A DNA stretch of 64,000 bases, from the NCBI GenBank assembly GCA_051294375.1, contig CM119267.1, positions 8,765,977 to 8,829,976 of the forward strand. The letters run 5' to 3'. Below the pieces are notes generated by a model. It saw nothing but the letters and a program-made list of their open reading frames with translations. It did not search any database and was not told the DNA's origin. Each line of letters opens with the position of its first letter. Positions within the stretch are counted from its first letter, which is position 1. Below, piece by piece: positions 24,497 through 37,097 of the stretch. The DNA comes from Paraspadella gotoi (taxonomy: Eukaryota > Animalia > Chaetognatha). The position numbers were made by a program, and so were the translations under genes.

Positions 24497-26198
24497 CTCT
24501 TATCATTTACATCTCATCTCACATTAGCTCGCAGAAAGGATTAATATAACCTAGCCCGTTCGTCTTCATCAACGCTATGGAATTCCTTTAATCATTCATT
24601 ACACACGCTGCATTCTAAGTCACACTTCCCCGACCATTCGTTCTTTCAGTCGCACTCCACTCCTTCACTCTTTCAACCGACCGCATCATCCCCCTTCGCC
24701 TTTTCTCGTCCTTTCAAAGGCGGCCGCTCGGTGTTGATCGTCCAGCGCATTGCGCCATTACCTTTGCTTCCATTTCTTCCATTTGTCTTTTGTTACTATT
24801 CTTCGCTTCATTGTTCGCCTCGCTCATCCGTCTCTCTCTCGCTGCCGTCGTCTCGGCTTCCGATCACGCGGCGCGCCGCTTGTCTCGGCCAAGCGGAAGC
24901 CGGCGTCGTCATTCGCGTCAATGTTCGCGGCGGCGGCGACAGGGGAACAGTGGGCGGCGAGACAGCGGCGCCGGCGTGGTCGTTCATCGAAGGTTTTCAA
25001 AGCCGTTTTGTCTCGTTTTTTTTTTATGTTTCAAATAAAAATAAAAAAACAAGAGAAGAGATAAGAGAGTGAAAGTTAAGTTGCATAAAAATATTTTGGG
25101 AAAAAAAAGTCGTCATAAATTTAATTCACAGAAACGCAGTGATGCGTCGAATTGACCTAATTGAATATCGGAAAGCATCGAATGAATCAGCGAAACTTTC
25201 TCGCGAGGTAAACTGACCCAACGCCACAGGTGTCTTCTTTTGGCGCGGGTCGACTGCGCGACTTTAAAGTGATGAGCGCTTCGCAGATGTGAATGTAACT
25301 TCAATAATTCGTCATNNNNNNNNNNNNNNNNNNNNNNNNNTCTTATCATTACATTCTATCTCACATTAGCCTCGCAAGAAGGATTATATAACCTAGCCGT
25401 TCGTCCTTCAACGCTATGGCATTCTTTAATCATTCATTGCACAGCTGCATCTAAGNNNNNNNNNNTTCAACTCAACGCTATGGCATTCTTTAATCATTCA
25501 TTACACAGCTGCATCTAAGTCACACTTCCCCGACCATTCGTTCTTTCAATCCACCCCACTCCCCTCACTCTTTCACCGACCGCTCATCCCCTTCGCCCTT
25601 TCTCTCCTTTCAAAGGCGCCGCTTCGGTGTTGATCGTCCAAAGCGCATTGCGCCATTACTTTGCTTCCATTTCTTCCATTTGTCCTTTTGTTCTATTCTT
25701 CGCTCATTGTTCGCCTCGCTCTCCGTCTCTCTCTCGCTGCCGCGTCTCGGCTTCCGATCACGCGGCGCGCCGCTTGTCGCGGCCAAGCGGAAGCCGGCGT
25801 CGTCATTCGCGTCAATGTTCGCGGCGGCGGCGACAGGGGAACAGTGGGCGGCGAGACAGCGGCGCCGGCGTGGTCGTTCATCGAAGGTTTTCAAAACCGT
25901 TTTGTCTCGTTTTTTTATGTTCAAATTAAAAATAAAACAAGAGAAAGAGATAAGAGAGTGAAAGTTAAGTTGCATAAAAAATATTTTGGGAAAAAAAAGT
26001 CGTCAATAAATTTAATTCACAGAAATCAGTGATGCGTCGAATTGACCTAATTGAATATCGAAGCATCGAATGAATCAGCGAAACTTTCTCGCGAGGAAAT
26101 GACCCAACGCCACAGGTGTTTCTTTTGGCGCGAGTCGACTGCGCGACTTTAAAGTGATGAGCGCTTCGGCAGGTGTGAATGTAACTTCAATAATTCGT
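24497..26198 (+). repeat. About 0.82-kb tandem duplication across a 25-N gap (probable assembly redundancy)
   Basis: About 24497-25315 is repeated at 25341 to about 26198, with the N run at 25316-25340. A short piece occurs a third time around the 10-N gap at 25456-25465. Confidence 0.85.
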
Positions 26199-27551
26199 TA
26201 ACGGTTTCGTTGCAGACGCGCGGTGATTCAAAGCAGACGAAAAGATATTTCGATATATCCCCACCAAAAGAGAGACTCTTTTGAGCATACTTATACAAAA
26301 CGGCTATAGTTTACATATTTTGAAAGTTTTTGCAACACATCTGAATCACCGACGACTTCTCACGCCAGTATCATAGATTAAAAAAACATCTCACCTGATA
26401 CGCGACCTGCAGGCACGACATGTAGCGGCAAGAGCAAGAGAGAGCAAGAGAGAGTGAGGAGAGGCGGGACCAGCACACCGCGACTTCGACCGAAGCAACC
26501 CGAACTCACCATCCGAACAAACCCCCCAATCTTACCGAGCGGAAGCAAGCACCACACGGGATGTGATCGGAGCACCGAGCGCCACATTGCTCGAACGGGC
26601 TGCGTCCGGAGAGATGAGTATAGTATCCTCTCTTCTTTTCCCTCTCTTCCCTCCGATACATCTTCTCGTCTCTTCTCATCTCTCTCTCAATCACCATCAA
26701 AGTGATGCTCTCTCTCTGCTCTCTCTCTCTATCCTCTTCCTCTCTCTCTCGTCTCTCTCTCCACCTCCCCTCCTTCCCGTCCACTCATAGTCATTATCAG
26801 TGTGATACGACAAGTCCCAGAGATTAGTCGAGACATACATCATGATTATGACAAACGCCTTTAGGAATGATTTGTCGTTTCCCAATACGCTCTACTCCCT
26901 CTCACTCTCCACCACCGTCTGGGCGTCTCTGGTCTCGCTCAAGAGCCGGCCCATTATGTCGGCGCCTGCTAGAGGCATGTTCGAGTCGTCGTCTCTTTTC
27001 GCTCTCGCGGACGGGGGCGTCGGTTCTATGAGAAAGTCGATTCCGCGACCGTCGTGGATTGCAGCTAAGCGCTTTGTCATTTCGAGTCATCTCCGCGGCA
27101 AAGTGACAATAGAGCCTCTCTGTTTCATTTCAACTTTGAATTCAAAGTAGCTAGGCATAGTAGATCCCCATCTCGGATTGTGAATAGATAGTCAGCATGG
27201 TTATATTTTGTTAGTAGATCTGAACAGAATACGTCCAATTCAATCTGAAGTCCAAGTCAGTCAGATGTTTTTTATATTTAAGAACTCCCTCCTCTTCCTT
27301 TTTACAGCTCCGAGCTCCCCTCTCTCTCGTTCTATCTCTCTCTTCCTATCTCTCTCTCTCTCTCTCTCTCCTCTCTCTCCTTCTCTCCTCTCCATCTTCT
27401 CTCTCTTTACTCTTTCTTTATTTTACGCCACGGCGCAATAATACGCATGAAAGGAATCGCCCCCAGACTAACAATGGCCGCTTATGAATGTATGGCCAGG
27501 CGGGGGAATTCTTTGCGACGCGACCAGGCGAGAGAGAAAGAAGAAGAAGAA

Positions 27552-27583
<32 letters not shown>

Positions 27584-29347
27584 AGAAAGCAAAGAAAAAG
27601 AAGAAGAAGAAAGAAAGAAAGAAAGACAAGATAAGTAGAAATCTGCAATCGGAGAAAGAATTATAAAGAAAAGAAATGAAGAGGTAAAAATAACTATGCA
27701 ATTAATCTAATCTAGTAACCAAACAAACAAGGATTTTCTAGTTGTACTGAACAACAAATTAAACATTTTACCGTCGGGAATAGAATATTCGAAAAAGAAC
27801 AGTCTCAGTTTGTCTGAATTTTCTTCGTTATTATTATCGTAGGATCAACACATCATCATCATAATCAATCACATGATCATCATCATCATCATTTCATCAT
27901 CATCATCATCTCATCATCATCATCATCATCATCAAAAAACGACAAACGACATCTTCTAGTTTTCTCGAGGCCGGGAATTTAGGCCGGTAACCGGTAGTAG
28001 TACCTTCTCATCTCCCTTCTTCGTTCGACTATATTTCGCTATTCTCTTTCTTTTTTCTAATTTATGAAAGTGGCAGAAGCTTCTTCTAAGAATTACTTTT
28101 GGTTGGGGTTGGGGGGGGGGGGGGGGGTCGGTCAGTCAATTATTTTTATAAAGTTGTTAAAAGGATTCGAAACGTAAATTTATATAGGATTGAGCGATAT
28201 GATACGTATATTTTTCAAGATCTTATCTCTTTTTAATTCTCTTCAACCTCTCTCTCTCTCTCTCTCTCTGCTCTCTCTCCTCTCTCTCTCTCTCATCTCT
28301 TTCCTCTCTCTCGTCTCTCTCTCTCTTTTCTCTCTCTTCTCTCTCTCTCTTTTTCCTCTCTCTCTCTCTCCCTCCTCCCTCCTCTCGTGGTCTCTCTTTC
28401 TCTCTCTCTCTTCTCTCTCTCTCACTCTCTCTCTCTCATCTCTCTCTCTCTCTGCCATCGTCCTCTTCTCATCTCTCTCTCTCTCTTCTCTCTCTATTCT
28501 CCATTCTCTCGTCTCCCTCTTTCCTCTTCGAAATCGGTACACGATCTCGGAATTTAGGAGGGCGCGGGTTCTAAATTCGCCCTCGCGCGCTGCCAGCCCG
28601 CNNNNNNNNNNNNNNNNNNNNNNNNNCCGGGGTCATAGTTCAAGCGGGTCATCATCAAAACCCTCGTGAGGCGAATGTAAGGCGTCGATAAATAAGGACT
28701 GCGCGACCCTGGAAGGACTTTTGGCCGAAACGTGGCTTCTCGTGCGGGTGGTGGGCGCGGACCCCGAGGGTCGTGGGGCGTGGTTGGTTGGATGATGTGG
28801 TCAATATTTGCTTTGCTCTTTGGACCATTTGGGTCTGATTCGTTAAATCTTGCTAAAGAATTTCTCGATGGTACAAAACTTACTTCACTAAAGATTTGAT
28901 CGCGTTATGTAATCGCGAATTATCCATTCGTTAAATAAATACGCGACCTTGCCTACTAAATTTGTACTAGCAAACGTGATTTAAGGACTCGATGCCTCAT
29001 TTAAGATATTAACCTAACAAAAACCCAGCAACCCTTCAATTTTAGATGCAGCGGTCAAGCGAGCCATCGGACAACCTTCGTATTTACAAAGATCTATCGG
29101 GGTCATTGAATTCGGATCGTAATTCGTCTGACGGGATGAAGAGTTCCCTTTGTGCCTCATATCGGACAAGACGAAGCAGGTTTATGGGCGCGATCGGTGG
29201 AGGAGGGAGTGGGCGGGGTAGGAGGGTGAGCGTCCATCCTGGGTCTATGGTGTTTGGGTTGCGACCGAAGGCGAAGTAGGGGTCGTCGGGTCGGGGTCAA
29301 GGTCGCGTTATATCCTTCTAGACGTCAAGCGCGTCTTAATTCCGATC

Positions 29348-29383
<36 letters not shown>

Positions 29384-31049
29384 CGAAAGAGCGTCGCTGA
29401 CCGAATAGGCTAAGAAGAGGGCGAAATTATTCCCGTTATTGATATTCCACTTTAAGACGAGGGCAGCATGTGCTACGACTGATACGCAGTCAAGCGGAGT
29501 TCTCAAGTCTTTCTGTTAGACAACTAGCTTTTAATTTTTTTGATCATTTGTGATTCGATTTAAGAGTTTTGCCTAAAAAAAAAAGGAAAAAATTTCCCAG
29601 GCCTATCCATTAATTCGTGGTTTAACTGGCAGACGATTCTTTCAGGGCCTTTTTTCTCTCTGTTCTTCGATTGTAAAATCGTCGTCGTTTCCTCAGTTTC
29701 GTCGTTCTCCTCGAATGTGAGATCGAGAAGCGAATTTTGTGAACTTTTATTCTTCCCCATCGGATCGTAAGTTGAGAGGCGCTTTGAATGCTTTATCGGC
29801 TTTGCAGTTAACCTCCCGCCATCTTTGTTTTTAGCCTTTTCTTGTCAAAATGTCTCCCCGCTGCCCCCTATTCGTCTTTTCTCTGGCCTTCACCCTCCCC
29901 TTATGGTTTTTTTTTTTTCTATTTGACTTTCTTTCCCTTTTAAATGCGCTTTCTGTCTACAACTAACTCCTTTAGTTTTCTATATTTAACTAACTCTGTT
30001 TTATTCTCCCGCCCGTCTATATTTATTTTCTTTTTTCCATAGGTTGTCTGTATATTTCACGCTCTGTCCCCGTTACGGTTTTAAATTTTCACCCTTTTCA
30101 CAACGTCACCCCCTAACCTTCACTGCTCTCTCCCTTTTCCTCCCGAACGTCATCACTCACCGACGGCGTCTCTTTGCCCTTTTTTTTTCCGGGCGCGCTC
30201 GAGGCCGGCAGAGCGGGCACCCCGCGGCCGACCTCGCGGCCGTGCGGAGCGGACACCCCGCGGGCCTCCAATGGAGACTTCTTGGCCTTTCAATGGCTCT
30301 CCGTCTCTGACCTTCTGGCCTTTTGGCTCGTTGCCCCCGAGTCCGCGGCTGACACTGACTTTTCTTACTCTCCTTTTACTTTTTTTTTTCCCCCCCCCCC
30401 CATTTTTTCCTTTTCTTTTTCCTTCAAGGGTCGTCGACCAAACTCGCTCATTCTTTTTTCGGTCGAAGTGACGTTGCTGTCGTTATTGCGCTGTTGTGCT
30501 TACAGCTTCAGTTAGCATAATAATATCGGTTCCAACGATTCAACGGAAAAAAACTAAAGAGAATAAAACAGGAATGAGTAAAAGAGATAGTGCTAAGTTT
30601 CCCTCCTTGCTTTACAAGATAGTTGCCCCGAAATTTTTTTTTTTTCATTCTTGATGGAGTCTTGTTAGAGACAACCTCTGTTCTCGCCCGACATGATCCC
30701 AGTCGATTCCTCCCCACGTCCCCACGTCCCCTTCCTCCCGACCCCCTTACCCTCCCTCCTTCACTCACCCCGATTCGTGACCTCACCACGCTTTCGCAGC
30801 CGCCGGCCTCCCTCTTGCCAATTTTCTTATTGAGCGTCGAAACTCTTTAACCGTCGGCAAAAACGGTTCCCCGGGGAATCAAAACCGACCGCTTCTGGGG
30901 GGCCCCCCTTCTTCCAAGCAAGGCGGCTCTGTTCCCTCTCTCCTCTCTTTCTCTCTCTTTCCTCTTTCCTCCTCCCCGTCTCTCTCTCTCTTCTTCCCCC
31001 TCTCTTCTCACTCCCTCCCCTCCTCGCTCTCTCTCTCTCTCCTCTCTCT

Positions 31050-34000
31050 CTTCTTCTCTTCTCTCTCTCTCTCTACCTCACACTGTCTCGATCCCTTTTA
31101 CTTTCCAAGTTAACACCCGAATACGTTGAAACTAGTCTGAGGCTGTCGTAATTCAACAGCTACTCCCCACTTTGTGAATGGGGCTATTAGTTTGGGGAAA
31201 CTCCCGCAGACCAATGTTCCGCGTTTCAACCATTTGCTCTCGACCTTATGAATGTTGAACCAACGCCAACGACATCAAACTGTTGCGGCACCCCGTTATT
31301 GTTGATTCGGAACAATCTCAACTGCGAGCCGGCCCCCAAAAACATGCAAACGAGACTAAGATATAAGAGAATCCGGCGCGCCAGAGAAACCTTACCTCGT
31401 TTCCTCGCGAAACCTACCCGCAATCACTCAGGCATCCATTAACCTCAAACACCTTCAATCTCTCTCCACCAAATCTTTTCTTTGCTTCTCCACCTTTATC
31501 AAAAACCTTTCCTTTCTCTCTTTCTTTCTTTCTTTCTTTCTTTCTTTTCTTCTTTTTCTTCTTCTTTCTTCTCTTTCCTTTCTTTCTTCTTTTCTTTCTC
31601 TTTCTTTCTTATCTTCTTTACTTTCTTTCCTTTATGTCATTTATTCTGTTTATGGCAAATTCCCATCGCCCATACGTCGACAAAAAAAAAAAATAATGTT
31701 GATGGGGTTAAGGGTTCAGAAAATGGTGAATGGAGGGAGTTGGAGAGAAAGGCCGCATGGAAACAGGGGGTGGGTGACAGGGGAAACAGGGTGGAGAAAG
31801 GGGAACAGGGTGGGAGAAAAATGAAGTAAGGGAGGAGAGGAAGGGGGGGTTTTAGCCGAAAGTCAAATCAAATTCTTAAATCGTCGTCGTCGCGTCGATT
31901 CCGCCCTTCATCGCTCGCGGTTGCCGGTATGCTATGGGTGATTAATGACGGTTTGAGGAGGAGAGGAGAGAGAGAGAGAAGAGAGAGAGAGGAGGAGAGA
32001 GAGAGAGAGATGAGGGGAGAGAGGCTCGATGTTTTCTTTGATTCGTGCACCCAATTAAGGTTTCATTTAGAGGCAGGACCGAAGGGAGACGAGACCGACG
32101 GGAATCCGCAACAACAATCCAATTTTCGACCCGCGGTTGGGAACGGGGGGTGGGGTGGAGGTGGTGAGGGGAGGGTTAGGGAGGGAAGAGAGATTGGGGG
32201 AGGGAAAGTGTGTGTGAGGTGAGGCGGTGAAAAGAATGGAGCAGTATCAAGCAAGTTTACGTCCGTCGGAATGCGACAGAAAACGTTTAGAAAAGTATGG
32301 ATGAGAGAAGGAGAGAGAGAGAGAGGAGAGAGATGAGAGAGAGAGAAAGAGAGAGAGAGGGTTCTCCATTTAGTGTTTTTAGGGAGAGAGCACGAAGACG
32401 CTCGAAGGCAGGTAAGGGAAGCAGAGAAGGTGGAGAGGGATCACTATTATAAGACGAGAGCTGGCCGAGAGGATAGACCGAGAGAGATGGCAAGGGGCGA
32501 AGAACTACACTCGCCACGCTTCACATCCGTTTCTTCGAAGAGGGAAGAGGTTGACGAGAGACGAATTCTGACAAAAAAAAAAAAAAAAAAAAGGAGAGAG
32601 AGAAAGGAGAGAGATTAGAGGACGAAAGAATCGAGTTGATTCCCGCCGCGTCGACCGCAAACAGAGTCACAGACAACGACCGTCGGCGCCTTTTCTCAAA
32701 CCCCGAAGATAACTTTCTTCCTTTCCTCTCGGATCTTCCATCCCCCCACTCGCCAGATCCCCGCCAACCCTCCTTTACAGCCTCGACCCTCCCCCTTCTT
32801 TTTTTCGTGGGGCCCCCGACAGGCGCCACTGTCCTGAGCTCAATTTTCAACCATGCTTTCTTTGTTGTTTTGCATTTTCGACTCGACGGGAACGTGTCGA
32901 CGACGACGACGACCCCAGACCCGACGGACCGTTAACGACGACCAGAGATGATGACGTCGACGATTTCATTTGAAGACTCGCGGCGCTTAATTTACTTTTT
33001 CCCGAAAAAAAAACTTGGCTACATTTTTCGGTAATATCTCTCCCTTCCTCGCAATCTGATATATAATTCAACTTTCCTTGACTTCAGTCTTGCCGCCCTA
33101 CCATTCCCTTCTCCCTGCTCCATCTGCTGTCTTAACCTCCTCCTCCTCCTCCTCCTCATTCCTCCTTGCGGGCTTCACACTATTTTCCTCTGAACGAAAG
33201 CAATCAGCTCTGTTGCCAACGTAATGGGTACTTGGAATTGGTTCCACGGGGAGAAGTTAGGGGGGGAGGAATAAGCGAGTCGGCGTTTGGCAGGGCAGGG
33301 GGGCAGGCGGGAGGAGAGAAGAAGAAAGGAGAGACAGTTAGCAGGGTAGGGCTTTGTAAGGGTAAACTCTGAGAGAAAGTAAAATGTGGAGGAAAGGAAT
33401 GGAAAGAGAAGCAAACTCGAGAAAAAGGACTTTGGCTTTTAAAATATATTCCGTCAGGGAAACACATGGGAATGACAAAACAATTTTAAATACTCCTTTA
33501 ACTTTCTTTAACAATAAAAACGGTTATTTTAAACTAAAGGAACATGAACAAAAGTATCTCTAATTAATAAAAATCCTATCGTACATTCATCCTCTTTTTA
33601 TAAAAAAAAAAACAAATTTTCGAAAATGTTAAAGAAAATTATGTCACATCGAGGACATTCGTGAGCTGAGAGATGAAAGTCTATTTTTTCCACAGCGGTC
33701 GAGGGATGAGGGATGAGAGAGAGAGAGAGTAGAGAGAGAGAGAGAGAGAGAGGAAGACGAGGAGGAGAGAGAGAGGAGGAGAGAGAGAGAGAGGGAGAGG
33801 AGAGGAGAGGAAGACGAGAGAGAGAGAGGAGAGAGAAATTTACAAGCTAAGGAAGGAATACGCAGCAGAAGCAAGATAAAAAGAAAACCAATTTCTTCTC
33901 AATATACTTAGTTTTCTTTTTCAAAGACTTAAGAAGATTCGATGACATTAAAATACCTTAATCTTCCCCCCCCCCCCGACCGCCCAACTTTCTCTTTCCC

Positions 34001-36588
34001 TCGAGAGCAGCGACTTTATTTGCAATCGCGCAATGCGCAATTCTCTGGCCTAAACGCGTGACTTTAAAAGGGTCGCGCGTTCGCGGCAGAATCGACTGGC
34101 GATTTAGAGGTTGTAACGTTAATTAACTTACTTAAATTGTCCTCCGTCGCGCGCGCGATTGACAGGAGTTTAACCTTTTTGGCTCGGGGAAAAGAAGGAA
34201 TTATATAGAAAGGAACTTCTGTCTCTTCTTTNNNNNNNNNNNNNNNNNNNNNNNNNGAGAGAGAGAGAGAGAGACAGAGTTCCTTTTCTATATAATTCCT
34301 TCTTTTCCCCGAGCCAAAAGGTTAACCTCTGCATCGCGCCGCGCGACGGTAGGACATTTAAGTAAGTTTAATTAACGTTTAACCTCTAAACGCGCAGTCG
34401 ATCTGCCGCGAACGCGCGACCTTTTAAAGTNNNNNNNNNNNNNNNNNNNNNNNNNNNNNNNNNNNNNNNNNNNNNNNNNNNNNNNNNNNNNNNNNNNNNN
34501 NNNNNNNNNNNNNNNNNNNNNNNNNNNNNNNNNNNNNNNNNNNNNNNNNNNNNNNNNNNNNNNNNNNNNNNNNNNNNNNNNNNNNNNNNNNNNNNNNNNN
34601 NNNNNNNNNNNNNNNNNTTTTTTTTTTTTATAAAAAGAGGATGATGTACGATAGGATTTTTATTAATTATGAGATCTTTTGTTCATGTCCTTTAGTTTAA
34701 AATAACCGTTTTTATTGTTAAAGAAAGTTAAGGAGTATTAAAATTGTTTTGTCATTCCATGGTTTCCCTGACGAATATAATTTTAAAAGCCAAAGTTCCT
34801 TTTCTCGAGTTGCTTCTCTTTCATTCCTTTCCTCCACATTTTACTTTCTCTCAGAGTTTACTTACAAAGCCCTACCCTGCTCCCTGTCTCTCCTTTCCTT
34901 CTTTCTCTCCTCCCGCCTGCCCCCCCTCCAAACGCCGACTCGCTTATTCTCCCCCCCCTAAACTTCTCCCCGTGGACCAATTCCAAGTACCCATTACGTT
35001 GGCAACAGAGCTGATTGCTTTCTTCAGAGGAAAATAGTGTGAAGCCGCAGGAGGAATGGAGGAGGAGGAGGAGGAGGAGGTTAAGCAGCAGATGGAGCAG
35101 GGAGGAAGGGGGAATGGTAGGGCAAGACTGAAGTCAAGAAAGTTGATATATATATTCAGATTGCGAGGAAGGGAGAGAATATTACCGAAAAATGTAGCCA
35201 AGTTTTTTTTTTTTTCGGGAAAAAGTAAATTAGCGCCGCGAGTCTTTCATGAAATTCGTCGACGTCATCATTCTCGTCGTCGTTAACGTCGTCGTCGTCG
35301 TCGTCGTCGTCGACCCCGTCGAGTCGAAAATGCACAACAAAGAAAATGGGTTTGAAAATTGAGCTCAAGGAGCAAGTGGCGCTGTCGGGGCCACGAAAAA
35401 AGGAAGGGGGGAGGGTCGAGGCTGTAAGGAGGGTTGGCGGGGTCTGGCGAGTGGGGGATGGAAGGATGGAGAGAAAGAAGAAGTTATCTCGGGGGTTGAA
35501 AAAGGCCGACGGTCGTTGTTGTGACGTCGTTTGCGGTCGACGCGTCGGATCAACTCGATTCTTCGTCCTCNNNNNNNNNNNNNNNNNNNNNNNNNCAAAA
35601 TTTAAGGATCGGGCGTACTAGGGGAGGTCTCAGAAAATGGTGAAATCGAAAGGGAGTTCCCGGAGACGAAAGGAGCGCATCAGGGAAAACAGGGAGTGGG
35701 GGAAAACAGGGAAACAGGGGTGGGAGAAAGGGGGAAACAGGGGTGGAGAAATGAAAGGAAGGGGAGGAGAAGGGGGTGGCAGTTTTAGAGCAACGAAGTC
35801 AATCAAATTCCTCTAATAATCGATCGGTTCAGTCGTCGTCGACATCCGGCAGTTCATCGCCTCCGAGCGGTTTGCGGTTGCTATGGTTGATAATGAACGT
35901 TGGAAGAGAGAGAGAGAGAAGAGAGGAGAGAAGAGAGCAGAAGAGAGGGCAGAAGTGAGAGAGAGAGAGAGAGAGAGAGAAAGCAGAGAGGCTCGAGTTT
36001 CTTTTGATTTCGTTGCATAATGGTTTCAATTAGAGCGCAGGGACCGAAGGAGACGAAGACCGACGGGCGCAAACAACAATCCAATGCCCGAACGGCGGCA
36101 TTGGGGGAAAGCCAGTGGACGGGGGTGGTGAGGAAGGGTGGGCGACGAGAGGTTGGGAGGGGAGGGAAATGTGGGAGGATGGGCGGTGAAGAAATGGAGC
36201 ATTAAAGTATCAAGCAAAGTTTACGTCGAATGCCGACAGAAAACGTTAGCAAAAGCATGAGAGAGAGAGAGCAGGAGTAGAGAGAGAGAGACGAGAAGAG
36301 AGGAGAGAGAGTACGAGAGAGAGACGGAGCAAGAGAAGAGAGGGGGTTAAGAGGAGAGAGAGGGATTATAGGAGAGAGAGAGATGGCGGGGGAAAACCGC
36401 TCCGCCCACGTCACAACATACACTCCGTTTTCTCGAAGAGGGAAGAGGGAAGAGACGAAATCTCGACAAAAAAAAACAAAAAAAAAAGAAGAGAAGAAAA
36501 AATTTTTTTTTTTTTGTCGACGTATGGGCGATGGGAATTTGCCATAACAGAATAAAAGACATAAAGAAAGAAAGTAAGAAAGAAAGAT

Positions 36589-36675
<87 letters not shown>

Positions 36676-37053
36676 GAGAAAGGAAGGTTTTGATAAGGTG
36701 GAGAAGCAAAGAAAAGATTTGGTGAGAGAGATTGAAGGTGTTTGAGGTTATGGATGCTGAGTGATTGCGGGTAGGTTTCGCGAGGAACGAGGTAAGGTTT
36801 CTCTGGCGCCGGATTCTTATTTCTTCAGTCTCGTTTGCATGTTTTGCCGCTCGCGTTGAGATTGTTGCCGAACAATACGCCGCACCGTTGATGTCGTTGG
36901 CGTTGGTTCACTTCATAAAGTCAGATGGTTGAAACGCGACATTGGTCTGCGGTTTCCCCAACTAGCCAATCACAAAGTAGGTAGCTGTTAAATGAACACA
37001 GGAAGCCTCAGACTAGTTTTCACGGGTGTTACTGAATAAAAGATCGAGACAGT

Positions 37054-37090
<37 letters not shown>
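31050..37090. repeat. About 3-kb-arm inverted duplication centred on a 25-N gap
   Basis: 34257-35570 is the reverse complement of about 32620-34231, and about 36500-37090 is the reverse complement of about 31050-31690. The centre is the N run at 34232-34256. Confidence 0.88.
36570..36675. repeat. (GAAA)n tetranucleotide microsatellite
   Basis: Long GAAA run; its degenerate inverted counterpart lies at about 31510-31630. Confidence 0.9.

Positions 37091-37097
<7 letters not shown>

Noticed and set aside
24497-26198. Tandem duplicated GC-rich element with ORFs
   Set aside because: The junction is a 25-N gap and the ORFs are not preserved between copies.
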